Below, one piece after another: positions 42,533 to 56,275 of a stretch of DNA of 64,000 nucleotides; the first letter of the stretch is position 1; each line of letters opens with the position of its first letter. A program made the translations under genes and the position numbers. Source of the DNA: the human T2T-CHM13v2.0 reference genome, Homo sapiens; assembly GCF_009914755.1 (NCBI RefSeq), contig NC_060931.1; one strand, given 5' to 3'. Under the pieces are notes generated by a model. It had not been told where the DNA came from. It saw only the letters and a list, made by a program, of their open reading frames with translations, and did not search any database.

Positions 42533-42944
42533 CTAGAAGAGGAATATTCATCAAAGGAAGCAGTCAGAGGTATTATTTGATATCTAGGAAGCAGTAGTTT
42601 TGCAAAAGAAGAGAGTTCTCAGAAAGTGCAAATAGCAATATCTGATACCATTGGGAGAACAGAAAGATATGAATCTTCTGAAGACCACTGGCTTTGCTAG
42701 CTATTATAGAAGGCCACTGACCTTTAGCAACAACTTTTTCAGGAGAATGATGAGAGTAGAGACTGGGTTAGAATCATTCGAAAAGAATGAAATAAAGAAA
42801 TGGAGACAATGAATGTGTGTATTCAGTGTTTAGGGTGATGAGAAATGGAGAACTCTGGCTGAAAAGAGAAGCAAAGTGGAGTGGGTGTGTGTATGAGAGT
42901 GAGTTGAATATGTATATAGGCTAGGGATACCTGTATGTCTCTGG

Positions 42945-43160
42945 GATAGTAAGGGGTTTGGAATCACACTCGTGGAAGATCAAACCTCTGGCCTACTATT
43001 TAATAGATATGGACCTTGATCAAGTTCTTCTGTGAGCCTCAAGTTCCTTATGTATAAAATGAGATTAGTACTACCTACCTCTTGGAGTTCTTTAAGGATT
43101 TAATGAAATTATGACATAGAAAACACCTAGAACTCAGAAGGCACTCAGTAAGTATTAGTA
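42945..43160 (+). mobile_element. MIR
   Basis: CTGTGAGCCTCAAGTTCCTTATGTATAAAATGAGATTAGTACTACCTACCTC...GGCACTCAGTAAG. Confidence 0.8.
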
Positions 43161-43353
43161 GGATTTTTTGTTTGTTCATTCTTGTGAGGAAGGGAGATAT
43201 TAAAGGTGCAAGAGAGGGAAAGGATGATGCCTATGATGTCAGAGAAAAGAGATGAGTAGACATGGGATTTGAGTAGAGGTAGAGGAGTAGTTTCAAAGTG
43301 AGATTGGACCTATTTTCCTGGGTAATAGAAGGGAAGGACAGTGATAAAATGAG

Positions 43354-43648
43354 GCATTGGGCAGGATAATTTAGGTTATGTTGCAGTAACAAGTAGCCCT
43401 AACTCTAAGTCTGTTAATGCAACAGAGGTTCTCTATTCATACTGTATGGCCAACATTAATTAGGAAGGGTTTCTGTTTTATCTCTGCCCCTCAGAGACCC
43501 AGCCTGATGGGAGCTCCATCTCGGTATTTGCCTCTGCAGTCATCATAGAGCAGTCACATGGCTACCTCTGACCTCAGGAGGCCAAGAAAGTGCCTGGAAT
43601 TGGGGAAGCACAGGAAATATTTGGTGATCAGCGCTCAAGACCAGAACA
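43354..43648 (-). mobile_element. Old MaLR solo LTR (MLT1J/K-like, internally deleted)
   Basis: CAGGATAATTTAGGTTATGTTGCAGTAACAA...GTCACATGGCTAC...GGAAATATTTGGTGATCAGC; 5-bp TSD ATGAG (43349-43353/43649-43653). Confidence 0.75.
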
Positions 43649-45015
43649 ATGAGTAGAGCTATAGGTATAAGTAAATAGGGAAGGGATGGCAGTGGCTTCT
43701 CTTTTTCCCAATGAAGGAGGCAGCAAAAATATGATCCACCAAGAGCAGCGTGAGGGGTCTTACAAGAGTGGTAAATGTTTGGAACAGCTGTTTGTTAAAA
43801 TAATTAAACGGGAACATAGCAGCAAAGGAAAAGGAAGTTGTTCTGGTTAAATATTTATCATTAGGGCTCCATGCAGAATGAAATGGTAATATAGCTGTGA
43901 TTCAGTTTCTTAGTTCAGCTTAAAATTAGAAGCTGCCCATCAATAATTTTCCCAAGAGAGCGATTTCTACTGTAACAGCACATAGCCTAGAGAAAAGGAA
44001 ACGCACAAAGAACAGGCTTTCTTGGAATGGGAAGAGAAACCATTGCAGGGAGAGAATATGAGAGAGAAATTGATTGTACATCTATCCCTGGAAATAAAAG
44101 TGAGTTCCCTTTTATCAGTCATTCTGTAAATACATCTGCTGCTGGCCTAGCACTTTGGCACTAGGTGTAATCGAGAGAAGTTTAGGACTTTATTCATGTT
44201 CTCAGAGAATGTGTTGTTTGGTCAGTGGGGCAAAAAAGCTCATGCCATGAGTTTGAGGGTTGTTTCATATATGTCTTTTATTGCCCTAATTGCTATAATT
44301 TTTGGGGAAGAGTTTCATGGAACAGATGAGATTAAACCGAGGCCTTGAAGAATAGATTAACCTTGGAGGGTGTCAAAGGAAGGAAAGGAGGGCACCAGAG
44401 TGATGGTATCATTCAAGGGCCAATGGTGGGAGTGAAAATGGTTTCTAGGGGAGGCAAGAAGGAGAGTGGCCAGAAAGAAGAGGAGATGATTAGATCAAGA
44501 AATTATGGGACATCAGGTTGAACTGACAGGTTGCAACCTTATTATAAGGAGTTGGTACAATATGGAAGGAAAGCAGGAATTAGTTGTTGCATGAGAGAAT
44601 GGCATTGTGACAAGGTACACTTGGTCAGTTGGGAAGAACATAATGAGAAGGATTAGTTAAAAGACTTCATAATAATCCAGGTATCTTCTCCTCATCTACT
44701 CCCCATACGACTTGAATGACTTCCTGTTACCTTCAGAATAAAGTCCCAGTCTTTAGTCCTGCTTGCCCATCCCCATTTTGAAGAGACTACCAGATATGCA
44801 AAGGGTACTAGAATGAGGAAGACTCGGATATGTTGGAACCAGGAGCCAGACCATGGATGTACAATTAGATTCCAACAATGCTATCAACAGGCAACATTTA
44901 GGAGTGCAGCCTAGCACCTTGCAAGGGCTGTGACCAAGTCAGACATAACCCTGCCCTAGTAGGATGTTGGAGGTTAGGTGGGCTTTCCAACACAGGCATC
45001 AAAGGAGAAACCTCT

Positions 45016-45800
45016 TTATTATTTTTTTAAACAGCTTTATTGAGTTATAGTTCACATACCACACAACTCACCCACTTAAGGTATACACTTCCATGTTTTT
45101 TAATAAATGCACAGAGTTGTGCATTCATCACCATAATCAATTTTAGAATCAATTTCATGACCCAAAAAAGAAACCCTGCACTCCCTATCCATACCTCCTT
45201 CCTTGCCCATTCCACTGCCCCAGCTCTCAGCCCTAGGTAACCAACCCTCTATTTTTCATCTCTATAGATTTGCCTATTCTGGGCATTTCATACAAATGGA
45301 ATCATACAATATATGGTCCTTGTGGCTGATTTCTTTCACTTATTTTTCACTGGTTTTAAAGGTTTATCCATGTTGTAGTATATGTCAGTACTTCATCTCT
45401 TTACATTGCCTCATAATATTACATTACATTGATACACCACATTTTGTTTATCCATTCATTAATTGATAGACATTGGGATTGTTGCTACTTTTTGGCTGTG
45501 ATGAAAAATGCTGTTACAAACATTCATGTGTAAGTTTTTTGTGGATATGTTTTCATTTCTCTTAGACATATACACATCTTATAGTGGAACTGCAGAGTCA
45601 CTATCATTTAACCATTTGAGTAATTGCCAGACCATTTGCTACAGTGCCCGCATTTTACATTTCCATCAGCAGTGTATGAGTGTTCTAGTTTCTCCATATC
45701 CTTGCTAACACTTGTTGTCTTTTTTTTTTTATTATAGCCATTATTCTAGTGGGTGTGAAGTTGTATCTCATTGTGGTTTTAGTCTGCATTTCCATGATCA
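45016..45800 (-). mobile_element. L1MB-like 3' end
   Basis: AACAGCTTTATTGAGTTATAGTTCACATACC...GATTTGCCTATTCTGGGCATTTCATACAAATGGAATCATACA...TCTCATTGTGGTTTT. Confidence 0.9.
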
Positions 45801-46015
45801 GAAGTTGTATTTTCAAAACTAAGGCATAAGTGAAAGCATGTTTGAGGGCTTTGACAGAAGACTGAGAAATAAATATTAAGAGATTGATATGGATAGGAGG
45901 ATTTCAAGCAGTTAAAGGCTAAGAAGGAATTGGACGCAGCCTTTTATAGTATGCCCAGTCCGTGGTGTTGCCATGTTCCATGGAAATGAATAACCAGAGG
46001 TTGCTATTCTCATTC

Positions 46016-46203
46016 TAACCATTCTCAGTCCTTGGCAACACGAAGTTAGGTTCACCTGAAAAATAATTTTAAATATACCAGCGTTCAGGCCCTATCCTTG
46101 GCCAACTGAATAAGAATGTTTGGGGATATAGCCCAGGTATCTGTAGTTTTTAAAATCTCCTCACATGATTCTGATGCACAGTGAGGGTTGAAAGACACCA
46201 TTG
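46016..46203. mobile_element. MER5A/B (hAT-Charlie)
   Basis: ACTGAATAAGAAT...GCCCAGGTATCTGTAGTTTTTAAAATCTCCTCACATGATTCTGATGCACAG. Confidence 0.75.
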
Positions 46204-48579
46204 TAAATAATTCAGCAGGATTAAATAATAGAATGAATGTATTGATTGCATGCACTGATCAGATAACCATCTGCCTTTATTTTGACCTGTAAGCTTTTCT
46301 GAGACACCTGCTAACTGAATTTGATCAAACAGATGTAAGACATAATTGCAGTGTGCAGTCTTCTCCAACTAATGATAGAGGAAAACCTAGCGTGTGGTTC
46401 ATAAAATCAATTAACTATTTCTCCCCAATTAAACCCCGAATTTAAAAGTTTTGTCACAGAGTTGAGTTCCTTCATTTTTTTCCCATTTATATTGGCTACA
46501 CATGAGGCATTTGTTTATTTCAATGATTTCAATCTCTTTGAGTTCAACATACAGTGATGCTTTTCAAGGTAATGAATTAGTTCATTGATTAGTTTATCTA
46601 TTATAAGACAGTAAATTGATGTAATGAGTCACTGATAGATATCCTAGTGGTTGGCTCATAGATACAAGCATTTTTTATGGTTGTGTTGATTTGAACACGT
46701 GCCATTTCTATGCAAACCTTGACCTTTGTAATTGACCTGATGTGTACAGATGACAGCAAATAGATCAATCAGGGTGATGTCTCATTACCATATGGCCAGT
46801 GATTTCTCTAGGACTAAAGTATGTTTTTTCTCTTTAGGGATTGAGGGCCATTTTTGTCTTCTGTTAAAATTCTAGGTCTAGTCACAAAACTGGAAAGGAT
46901 GGGAACTAAAGTGCAATACTCTTCTGCTAGTTTGGCACCAAGTTTCCAATGCTGAAAAGAATGATTTTCCATTGTCCAGACTCTTCTTTAGAGGGGTCCT
47001 ATGTCCCCAACTTAAAATTTGAGCTACACAGTTTCAGAAAATGAAAACTGATATTCCAGAAAGAAGAGGTAGATAATGCAGAAATGTCAGTAATTCAACA
47101 TGTTCTGATGCCAACCTGGCCAGAGATGGCTTTGGTTTCATTGTAGATTGAGATTTCTTATAGAAGGTTTAAAATGCAGGGAAGGTCAAGTTGAGTTTTG
47201 TAGAGGAAGATGTCCTAGTACTTTTTTAGGGAACCCGTATTTTTGTCTTAATGGAACTGCTAAAAAGATGTGCAGTAATCCAGGCCTTCTCTTCCTCTCA
47301 AAAACAAACTAGGCACTGGTTGTATTTAGTCTCACATTCGTTTAATCTAGAGTAAATGGAAGCCTGGCATATAGATCATTGATGTAAAGAGTATCATGGA
47401 AGAAATTGAAATGGAAACAAACAGTAGGGGGAAGACCTGTCTGGTAGCACATCCTCTCCATCTGGCTAGCCGTCAGATTTCCTGGCCATTTCTCATTGTA
47501 CACTTCATCTTTGCTTGCTTCTTACTTCCTTTCTTTCTTTTTTTTTTTTTTAAAATACAAGTATTTTAAACTGCAACCTGGAAAGAAAACGAGAGGTATA
47601 TAACACATCCTTAAAAACAAAGAGGAAAAAAAAATCAACCCTGTTAATAACTTCCACTTTGAGAGTTTGGGCTGGTTGCAAGGCCCAGGGGACTAATCTG
47701 CTGAATGTGGGAGGATATGGAGCCATTTGTCCTAGGAGAAGCACTACATTAAAAAGAAGAGGAAGAAGTCATGGGGGAAGGGCGAGGGTCTGCTGATGAA
47801 AGTAGCTGTCAAATTAGCAGGTCTGGAAGTTGTAGTGCATATTGTTATGAGCTGCTCAAGTTCACACCAGAGCAACCAGCTCCATCCGTCTTTCTCAGTT
47901 TACATTTTAATTGGCTTGTAGTTAAGTTTTTTAAACACTGCGAGATTGCTGACATACACTGCAATATCACGTGAATAATTTATGGAGGTTGCTCAAGACA
48001 AGCTTTTTTTTTTTTTTATTTGAGAAACCAGGGGGGAGTGGGGGAAGAAGGATGAGAGGGTCTGTGGGAGGGGCCAGGACAGAAGAGCAGACACAACTGC
48101 ATGTGCTGTGCTGGATGTTAAATGTTTCTGCTGGTGTAGGCAGCAGCATTTGGGATTTCAGGGAGGTTTGTACAATACGATCTTATTAATAACAATTCTG
48201 TCAAGAGAGCACCCGATTAAATTGAATTGGGTTTATGACTCCCTCTTGGTTTCTGAAAATGTGTGGATATAAAACCTCTGCGATGTGAATATTGGATAAC
48301 AAGGGTAGGTTTCTTTATTTATTTATTTTTTTGGTTGGTTTTAATCATTCCTCCTACTACTGAGAATTTGCTTGTTTATAAATGCAGGGGTAGGCATTTT
48401 TCCCAAACTATCTTTCTGTTTTCTGCTCTCAAAATAATCTAGAGAAGATGGAACTGGCATCAGTGGGCAGTTATCCTAAGAACGTGACTGCTTCTAGGCA
48501 TGGTTTGCTGGACAACTCTGAGTCTAGAATATCATCTAATTAACACCTGTGGGACAATCCTCTTCATCTGCTAAAATAT

Positions 48580-49030
48580 ACTTTTTTTCTCATTACAAAA
48601 TGAGTAAATTATATAAAATGTCTAGAGTACAAAGAGGAGAATAAAAATAACCTGTAAGTCCTCCCCCTGCTAATAAAATTGGTATGGTTTTTGTTTATAT
48701 CCTTCTAGTCTTTTTTCTGTTCATATTTAGTGAACATAATTTAGTGAATCGTATATACTGTTTAGAAGTCATCTTTTTTTTTTCACTAAACATTACATCA
48801 CAAGCATATTCCCATGAATGGTCTATACGGAATGTCATTTCTAATGATTGTAGTGTGTATGTGTGAATTAACTATACTTTATATAACCTATCTCCTGCAA
48901 CTAAAATGCAGTGTTAGTTTATAATTTTTATCCATTTTAGACAGGCAAGTTATAAATATATTTTTTGGTCAAATTTCAGTATACATTCTTGATCATTTCT
49001 TTAGGAAAGCTCTGAGAAGTAGAATTTCTA
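48580..49030 (-). mobile_element. Ancient L1ME-like fragment
   Basis: TTTATATCCTTCTAGTCTTTTTTCTG...TTTTTCACTAAACATTACATCACAAGCATATTCCCATG...TTTCTTTAGGAAAGCTCTGAGAAGTAGAATT. Confidence 0.55.
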
Positions 49031-51160
49031 CAAGAAGCAGAGTGAGTCTGAGGGAAAAAATCATTAATGTCTCAAGAATTTTGTCTCGAAAAGAGGGATA
49101 AAGCACATTTTAAATTAATGAAATTAACAGTTTATTCTATTTAAAAAGAAAAATGATGATAACATTCAACATGAGGTTCTTTTAAATTATTGAATTTTTT
49201 GCCTTGTGGGGTTTCTTAACCACAAAACCTATCTATTAGGATTAATGGAGGCTATTTTTTCTTTACCAATTGCTATATAACTACTTAAGACTTCATGTAA
49301 TCAGCTGAGATGCTACAAATGTATTGCCTGTCAACTCCAGTAAAAAAGCGGGCAGTTAATTAAAGGGATGTCTTGCTGTTAAACAAACTTGCAGTCAATT
49401 GCTTGTAAGTAACATTTAGTTTGATATGTAGTCAAAGGGCAGGAAAATAAGTGTTTAGGCAGGACTGGCTTTTTGCAACGTAAAAAGAGAAGTGATTATA
49501 TTGGGGTCAAGATGAGTAACCTTTCAACTGGCATATTTTCCTTCTAAAAAGTATATTCACATATCAGAAGAAAGGTGAAAGACATATAAGGCCTTAAGGT
49601 TGGTCAGTTTGAGATCTTTTCCACTTACAGTAACTAAGTCCTCATCTTCTTGCATCCCTTGAAGACACTGTTTTACCCTAATATAAAGCCTGGCTTTGAG
49701 GTCAGTGTGTGTGTGTTTGGACATGTGCGTGCACACAGACCGTAAGTAGATGAGGCAAGAACTCCCTAAACCAAGTGCCATACTCTGCAGATGGGAAACT
49801 GCCATCCATAGACCCAGTAGAAAGGCTGCAGTAGCACAGCAGCACTTGGGACAGCTGCTCCAACTCAGGCCCATTACCTGCTCCTCCTAGGAGTGCCCCG
49901 ATGCTCCCTGCACCTTTGTTCAGCTCTTCCTTGATAATCCAGGATAGGATCGCACAGTTTCTGGTTGGTGAGCTTGTAGTCAGAAGCCCTTTTCAAGCTT
50001 AACACTTTCAGAGGGAGGGTTTATCCAAAAGACACCATACTGATTCAATATGTTAAATGTTGAAATGCTTGTGAAACAACGCATATATGATAGAGATTTT
50101 TTTCTATCTCAAAATCACTTGGATATGAGAGACCAGAGCTATTAGAAGCCCCATTGACTTTGCTTTGAGATTCCATTGGAGGTCATTGAACTTTGGAGCC
50201 TCACTCTGAAGCCAAGAAATTTCAACTTTGCCAGTAACCACATTAAAATGTGTGTACCTGGCAATGGTGAACCAGCCTCATTTACTGGTTTCCATTCTTT
50301 GTATTGGCTATTCATTATTTCATCAACAAGAATTTATTTTTTTACTGCCAATTTTACGTCCAACTAGGTAGTATGGAATGCAAGAGAAGGTGTAAGTTAT
50401 GGCCATTCCCCTCATGGGCCTTTTAATAAAGCAAAGTAAATATGTAATCCACTTACAGTCAGTCAAGAGCAATATTTTTATTTGTAATGATTCCACATTT
50501 TAGCTTAAGAAAGTATTTATTATTCTGGGAAGAAAAACATTGGCTGAATTAATGGCAGATTCTGAATGGGCTTTGAGCAACATTTGGAATACAAGTGTGT
50601 AAGGTGGGGTTGGTGAGATTTGCTTTATTTCCTGAACTGCTATGAATTAGCAAATTCTAAACCAGCTGTTTTCCAATTACATACAATAACTTGTGCCTAC
50701 CTAAGTCTGTCTTTCTGCCAAGCTTCTACTTGCAACTCATTTTAAAACTTATTCCTAAATACCCCCAAACCAGTGGAATAATAGTAGGCATCACCTTAAA
50801 TCATAATATTTTCACAAGAACATGTTCAATCTTGAAATAATGGCCAGGTTTTAGAAAGTGGGAGGTGAGAACGGAGGAGTAGTTTGTTTTTTGTCGTTAA
50901 AAAAAAAAAAAAGAAGAAGAAGTGCTTGAATGAGCAAGTTGCTCAGATTTCTCTGCTGCTTTCTTCCCAGATGGCCAAAGGGAGAGAACACTTTCACTGA
51001 AGAAAGGGATAAATGAAAAGGACACCTCTGTATCCAGTTATTTATAGGATGATAATTGATGATAGGGTTGGAGTTTTAAAATGTTTCCGTGTGAACATCT
51101 TGCAGTTCGCTTTACCTGCCTTTTCTGTGGTATTAAACACATTGCTTAATTCCTATTTTC

Positions 51161-51368
51161 ATTTTGGATTGGCAAATTTCTTTATAAAAGGTCAGATAGC
51201 ACATATTTTAGCCTTTTTGACCACACAGGTCTCTGACATATATTCTTTGTTTCTCTTTTTTTTTAAACAACACTTTAAAAATGCAAAAACTCATTTTAAT
51301 TTACAGGTTGTATAAAAATGGACTGTGGGTGAGATGTGGCCGGCACACCGTAGTTGGCCAGCTCATGC
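51161..51368 (+). mobile_element. MER58 (C/D-like, hAT-Charlie)
   Basis: TTGGCAAATTTCTTTATAAAAGGTCAGATAG...ACTTTAAAAATGCAAAAAC...CCGTAGTTGGCCAG. Confidence 0.8.
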
Positions 51369-52069
51369 CTTAGAGAAACATGGGGGGATATCCTGGGTGG
51401 GCATGAGTATCAGTTAGGTCAGCAAGATTTCCCTCTTACTGCTGCTTGCTTTGTTCTCTTCTGGTCACTGGCCGTCTCAGGAGCTAGTCCCTGGAGCCCT
51501 GCTCTCCTGTGTGATGTAATGGTGTGAAATGGTGTTTCCAGTGGAAGGCCTGCAGGGGTAAATGCTGTCTCTAATTAACCTGTTCATTTAGTGCTATTAT
51601 CCTTTATCTCGAATGCAGTTCTGCTCTGGGAGGATAAGGAAAGTGCTTAATTATAGTAACAGTTTCACATTGTCTTTGTTTGCATGATGAAGTACAAAAA
51701 GCCCAGGAGATGAAGCTGTCAGTCACTAAGTGTCTTTGGGAGCCTCTTGGTTTTTTGCATTTAATAATCATGCTCTGTTATTGCGTGTTGTTGAATGAAA
51801 CCTCAGGTCACAGTCTTTGTCAATGATCTGACCCAAGACATCTGGCCTATGTAAGTTATGGCTAATGTCCACGAACTGGATAATATCATTGGCAAATTGT
51901 GGCTTCATTGATGCCTGTTTATTTGCTTTTTGCCTCAATTAGAATACTTTGGATTGTTATTTGTCTTTTTACTGTGTTTTCTAACTCCCTAATTGCATGT
52001 TAAGTACCTGTAGTCCAGGGAATGTGCCCCATGCTTCTTTGAAGCCTAAAGTCTTTTGGAATACCATCA

Positions 52070-52128
52070 CAATATTTTTATAGGACTTTTTTATTAACCA
52101 CAATAAAAAATGTCCTATAAAAACATTG
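52070..52128. repeat. Near-perfect inverted repeat, 26-bp arms, 6-nt loop
   Basis: CAATATTTTTATAGGACTTTTTTATT-aaccac-AATAAAAAA(t)GTCCTATAAAAACATTG; one mismatch and one bulge. Confidence 0.95.
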
Positions 52129-52150
52129 CAGAGATCCTCATACTCAAACT

Positions 52151-52183
52151 CTGAGGAGCCAAAGTCAGCTGAATGGTGTTTGG
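52151..52183 (+). repeat. 33-bp exact direct repeat, copy 1 (copy 2 at 55629-55661)
   Basis: CTGAGGAGCCAAAGTCAGCTGAATGGTGTTTGG identical at both sites. Confidence 0.97.
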
Positions 52184-52198
52184 GTCTCAAACAAACAA

Positions 52199-52204
<6 letters not shown>

Positions 52205-52229
<25 letters not shown>
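52205..52229. repeat. (AT)12 microsatellite
   Basis: Directly visible. Confidence 0.95.
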
Positions 52230-52235
<6 letters not shown>

Positions 52236-52336
52236 TATATATCGCAATAAAAATGTTGTATAAAATATTGTAATGGTTAAAATGGTAAACCATTTATATA
52301 TATTTAAATAGTTTATATTTAAACTATTTAAAGCCA

Positions 52337-53150
<814 letters not shown>

Positions 53151-53319
53151 TATTGAAATATTTTTGCATCTGCCAATGTAACAACTTTTAAGCTCTGTGG
53201 AACTTTAAATATTCTTACGGTTCTTTCCTATGTTATCTGCCTATAGTAAAATAAATTTTATAATAAAGAATTCAGTTATTAGCTATGATGCACAAAAAGA
53301 TCTATGAGAACAAGCATGT

Positions 53320-53500
53320 ATTCATGCTATGTACCAGGCACTGAGATTAGCTCTTATGTGAATTAATTTACTTAAGGCCCACAGAATATGTTATCTGTGT
53401 GCTACAGAAAAGGAAATAAAGGCTTAGAGAGGTTGAGAAACTTGCTTAAGTTCACACAGCTAGTATGTGGCAGACAGGGTTCTACTTCAGAGACCATGTT
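53320..53500 (-). mobile_element. MIR
   Basis: AGGCTTAGAGAGGTTGAGAAACTTGCTTAAGTTCACACAGCTAGTATGTGGCAGA. Confidence 0.75.
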
Positions 53501-54072
53501 TGTAGATACCATGAAGCCATTCAGAAAAGTGGATTGCATCTATATTCCTCATTATATTCCCAGCATGGTTAGCAGAAGGCTTATCATTTTCCATTGCATG
53601 ATGTCACTTTTAAATTTCAAAATCAAACTACATAAAATAACATGTAAAATTACTTGAAAGCTTTAAAAGTGCTATACATATGCAGAGTATTAACAGTAAA
53701 TCCTAGTGATGGACAGATGTTAAAAGCTATAAGTATATGATTCAGAAACCATCTAAGAATTTTAAACTGTGGTCTAATTATTATGGAAGCTTACTGGAGC
53801 CTATCCTTGTGATTTGTTAGAACATTGTTTCATATGCCATTTTATTCGTATCTCTTCCAATTCTTATTAAGACTAGCACTGCTGTTATGAATTTCATGGC
53901 TTTTTTTTTAAGTTGCTGGATATAAGCCAGGTTATCATATAATGCCCTTTACTACCTGTAGTCACTTTGGGATAGGTACTGTGCCTTCAACCATCTTTGA
54001 AATCCTACAACTCGTAGGCTAGGTTTAGATGCCAAATAGCTAAAGAGCTATCATGTTGAAAAACTATTATTA

Positions 54073-54377
54073 GGGCGGGCACGGTGGCTCACGTCTGTAA
54101 TCCCAGCACTTTGGGGGAGCCGAGGCAGGTGGATCACTTGCAGTTAGGAGTTCGAGACCGGCCTGGCCAACATGGTGAAACCCCTTCTCTATTAAAAGAC
54201 ACAAAAATTAGCAGGGCGTGGTGGTGTGCACCTGTGATCCCAGTGACTCAGAAGGCTGAGGTGGGAGAATCACTTGAATCTGGGAAGCAGAGGTTGCAGT
54301 GAGCTGAGATTGCACAACTGCACTCCACCCTGGGTGACAGAGCGAGCATCCGTCTCAAAAAAAAAAAAAGAAAGAAA
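54073..54377 (+). mobile_element. AluS
   Basis: Full length; TSD GAAAAACTATTATTA/GAAAAACTATCATTA (54058-54072/54378-54392). Confidence 0.95.
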
Positions 54378-55628
54378 GAAAAACTATCATTAGACTTAAT
54401 TTGTGTCATTTCAGAGGACAGAATTGAGGCCATTCTGTGTGTGTAGGTTCTGGAAGGACACATTTCAGTGCAGAATAAAAGATGTAGTTGTAGCTTGGTA
54501 GACTGGCTGCCTTGAAAATTAGTAAACTGTCAACAGAAATATTCAAACACAGGCTAGAAAATCCTCTCAACAAGGAAGTAAAGGGGATTCCTACACTAAG
54601 AGACTGAATTTATTAATCTTCAGACTTGGTCTATTATGACATTTACTTGAAGTGTTCTAAGAACTTCACCTTTACCATTGTCTTATGTGGTATTGTTTTC
54701 TTCAGCAAAAGACAGGAGCTAAGAATTTTTGGTTGGCTTATTTGCTGTACCAGAGGCAAATAACTGTGCTGTGTTGGAATGACTTAGAAGTAGAAAATAT
54801 TTCGATCAGGTGCAAATCATGGTCAGGAAGACAACAAGGTCAACTTTTTAAACCCAGATTCTCCAGGGTGAGGATGCATCATGTACAAAACATGACTGAC
54901 ACTAAGCAAAGAGTCTGAAGTGGTTTGATCAGTATATATTGATTATTTGATTTATTGACTTTGCTGCAGTCTTCTTGGAGCTCTTCAGCATCCAGTACTA
55001 TAAAACTCACTTTTTCATTGTAACATTTGACTTGAGCAAGGACTTAGGTATTTGGCACAAATGACATTCTCTCCTCTTTTCTGATTAATGTGGCTCTGGG
55101 ATCAAACAAAGTTAGTGCAAATACTGGAATATTTGCTCAAATAGAGACCAAAAGGGCTTAAAATTCAGTGCAGGTAGAATTGTTTAAGTATCAGAAGGGC
55201 AGACTTTGGTAATTTCAGCTGCATATGTTGGTTCTTATTTCATTTTGGTAGAAATTGAGTACTGGAGACTGCCTGGAAGCCAGCCTCCAGCATTGACGTC
55301 TGACAGTAACCGCAAAAGCAGTCCCCCTTTCCGCTGGCAGAGCCAGGACCACGTCCGTGGCTGTGATCTCAGGGGAGGGCTCCCAGTCCACAGCCTGGGC
55401 TTATGACTGGGAAGCCTGCTTCTTGTAAGGTGGGGAAAACAGAGCCAAACTGACCCCACAGAATTTGAACTTGGAGAAACTGTCGAATCCAAAGGATCCA
55501 TCAAGGCCAGGGACAACGCCTAGTCTGAACTGGCGACCATGGGCTTTTTCAGAGCCAGGTGTCAGAAATGGGTAAATATCAAATTGTGTCTGATTAAAAA
55601 CAGGAGGGAGCAGAGCTCCCCTTACTCA

Positions 55629-55661
55629 CTGAGGAGCCAAAGTCAGCTGAATGGTGTTTGG
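55629..55661 (+). repeat. 33-bp exact direct repeat, copy 2
   Basis: Identical to 52151-52183. Confidence 0.97.
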
Positions 55662-56149
55662 CTCCAAATAATTCAAAAGCCACAGTCTCATGACCCAACC
55701 AAAGAAATATTCAAAACTAGCCTGAAATAGAACAGCCTGTTTTCAGAAATATGCTATCAAACACATTTATCTTTGGCTAAAAAACGAATTAAGTAGTTTT
55801 CTCTTAAAATGGCCAGATATCCATTAACATAGAAGAGTATAGGATAAATACCTCTTATGGAGATGGTCAGATTCATGATTTCATTTAAGTTAAAAATATT
55901 GGCAATGATACCGTATAAATAATATTTGCTCTCATCCAACACTTTTGGTTGAATTAGTCTATTACCTGGGGAAAACACTGAAATAGGATGAAATAATACT
56001 AAGAATAACATTAGAATTATATATTTGAAAATTACTGATTATATAGCTATTTCACCAATGAGATATTCACAAGATAAAGAAGAGGGATAATGATAGCCCA
56101 AGTGGACTTCCCAATAATGCAATAGTGAAGAAATCAAAATCCAGCCAAC

Positions 56150-56275
56150 ATGGACATGTCTTATATCTTGATTGGAAGGTAGATAACACAGTACATACAT
56201 TTGTCAAAACTCAACCAACTGTACACTTTACAGCTGTGTGTTTTCCTGTGTACAAACTATACTTCAAGGAAAAAG
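56150..56275 (+). mobile_element. L1MC/ME-like 3' terminus
   Basis: TATATCTTGATTGG...ATACATTTGTCAAAACTCAACCAACTGTACACTT...AAACTATACTTCAA. Confidence 0.7.
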
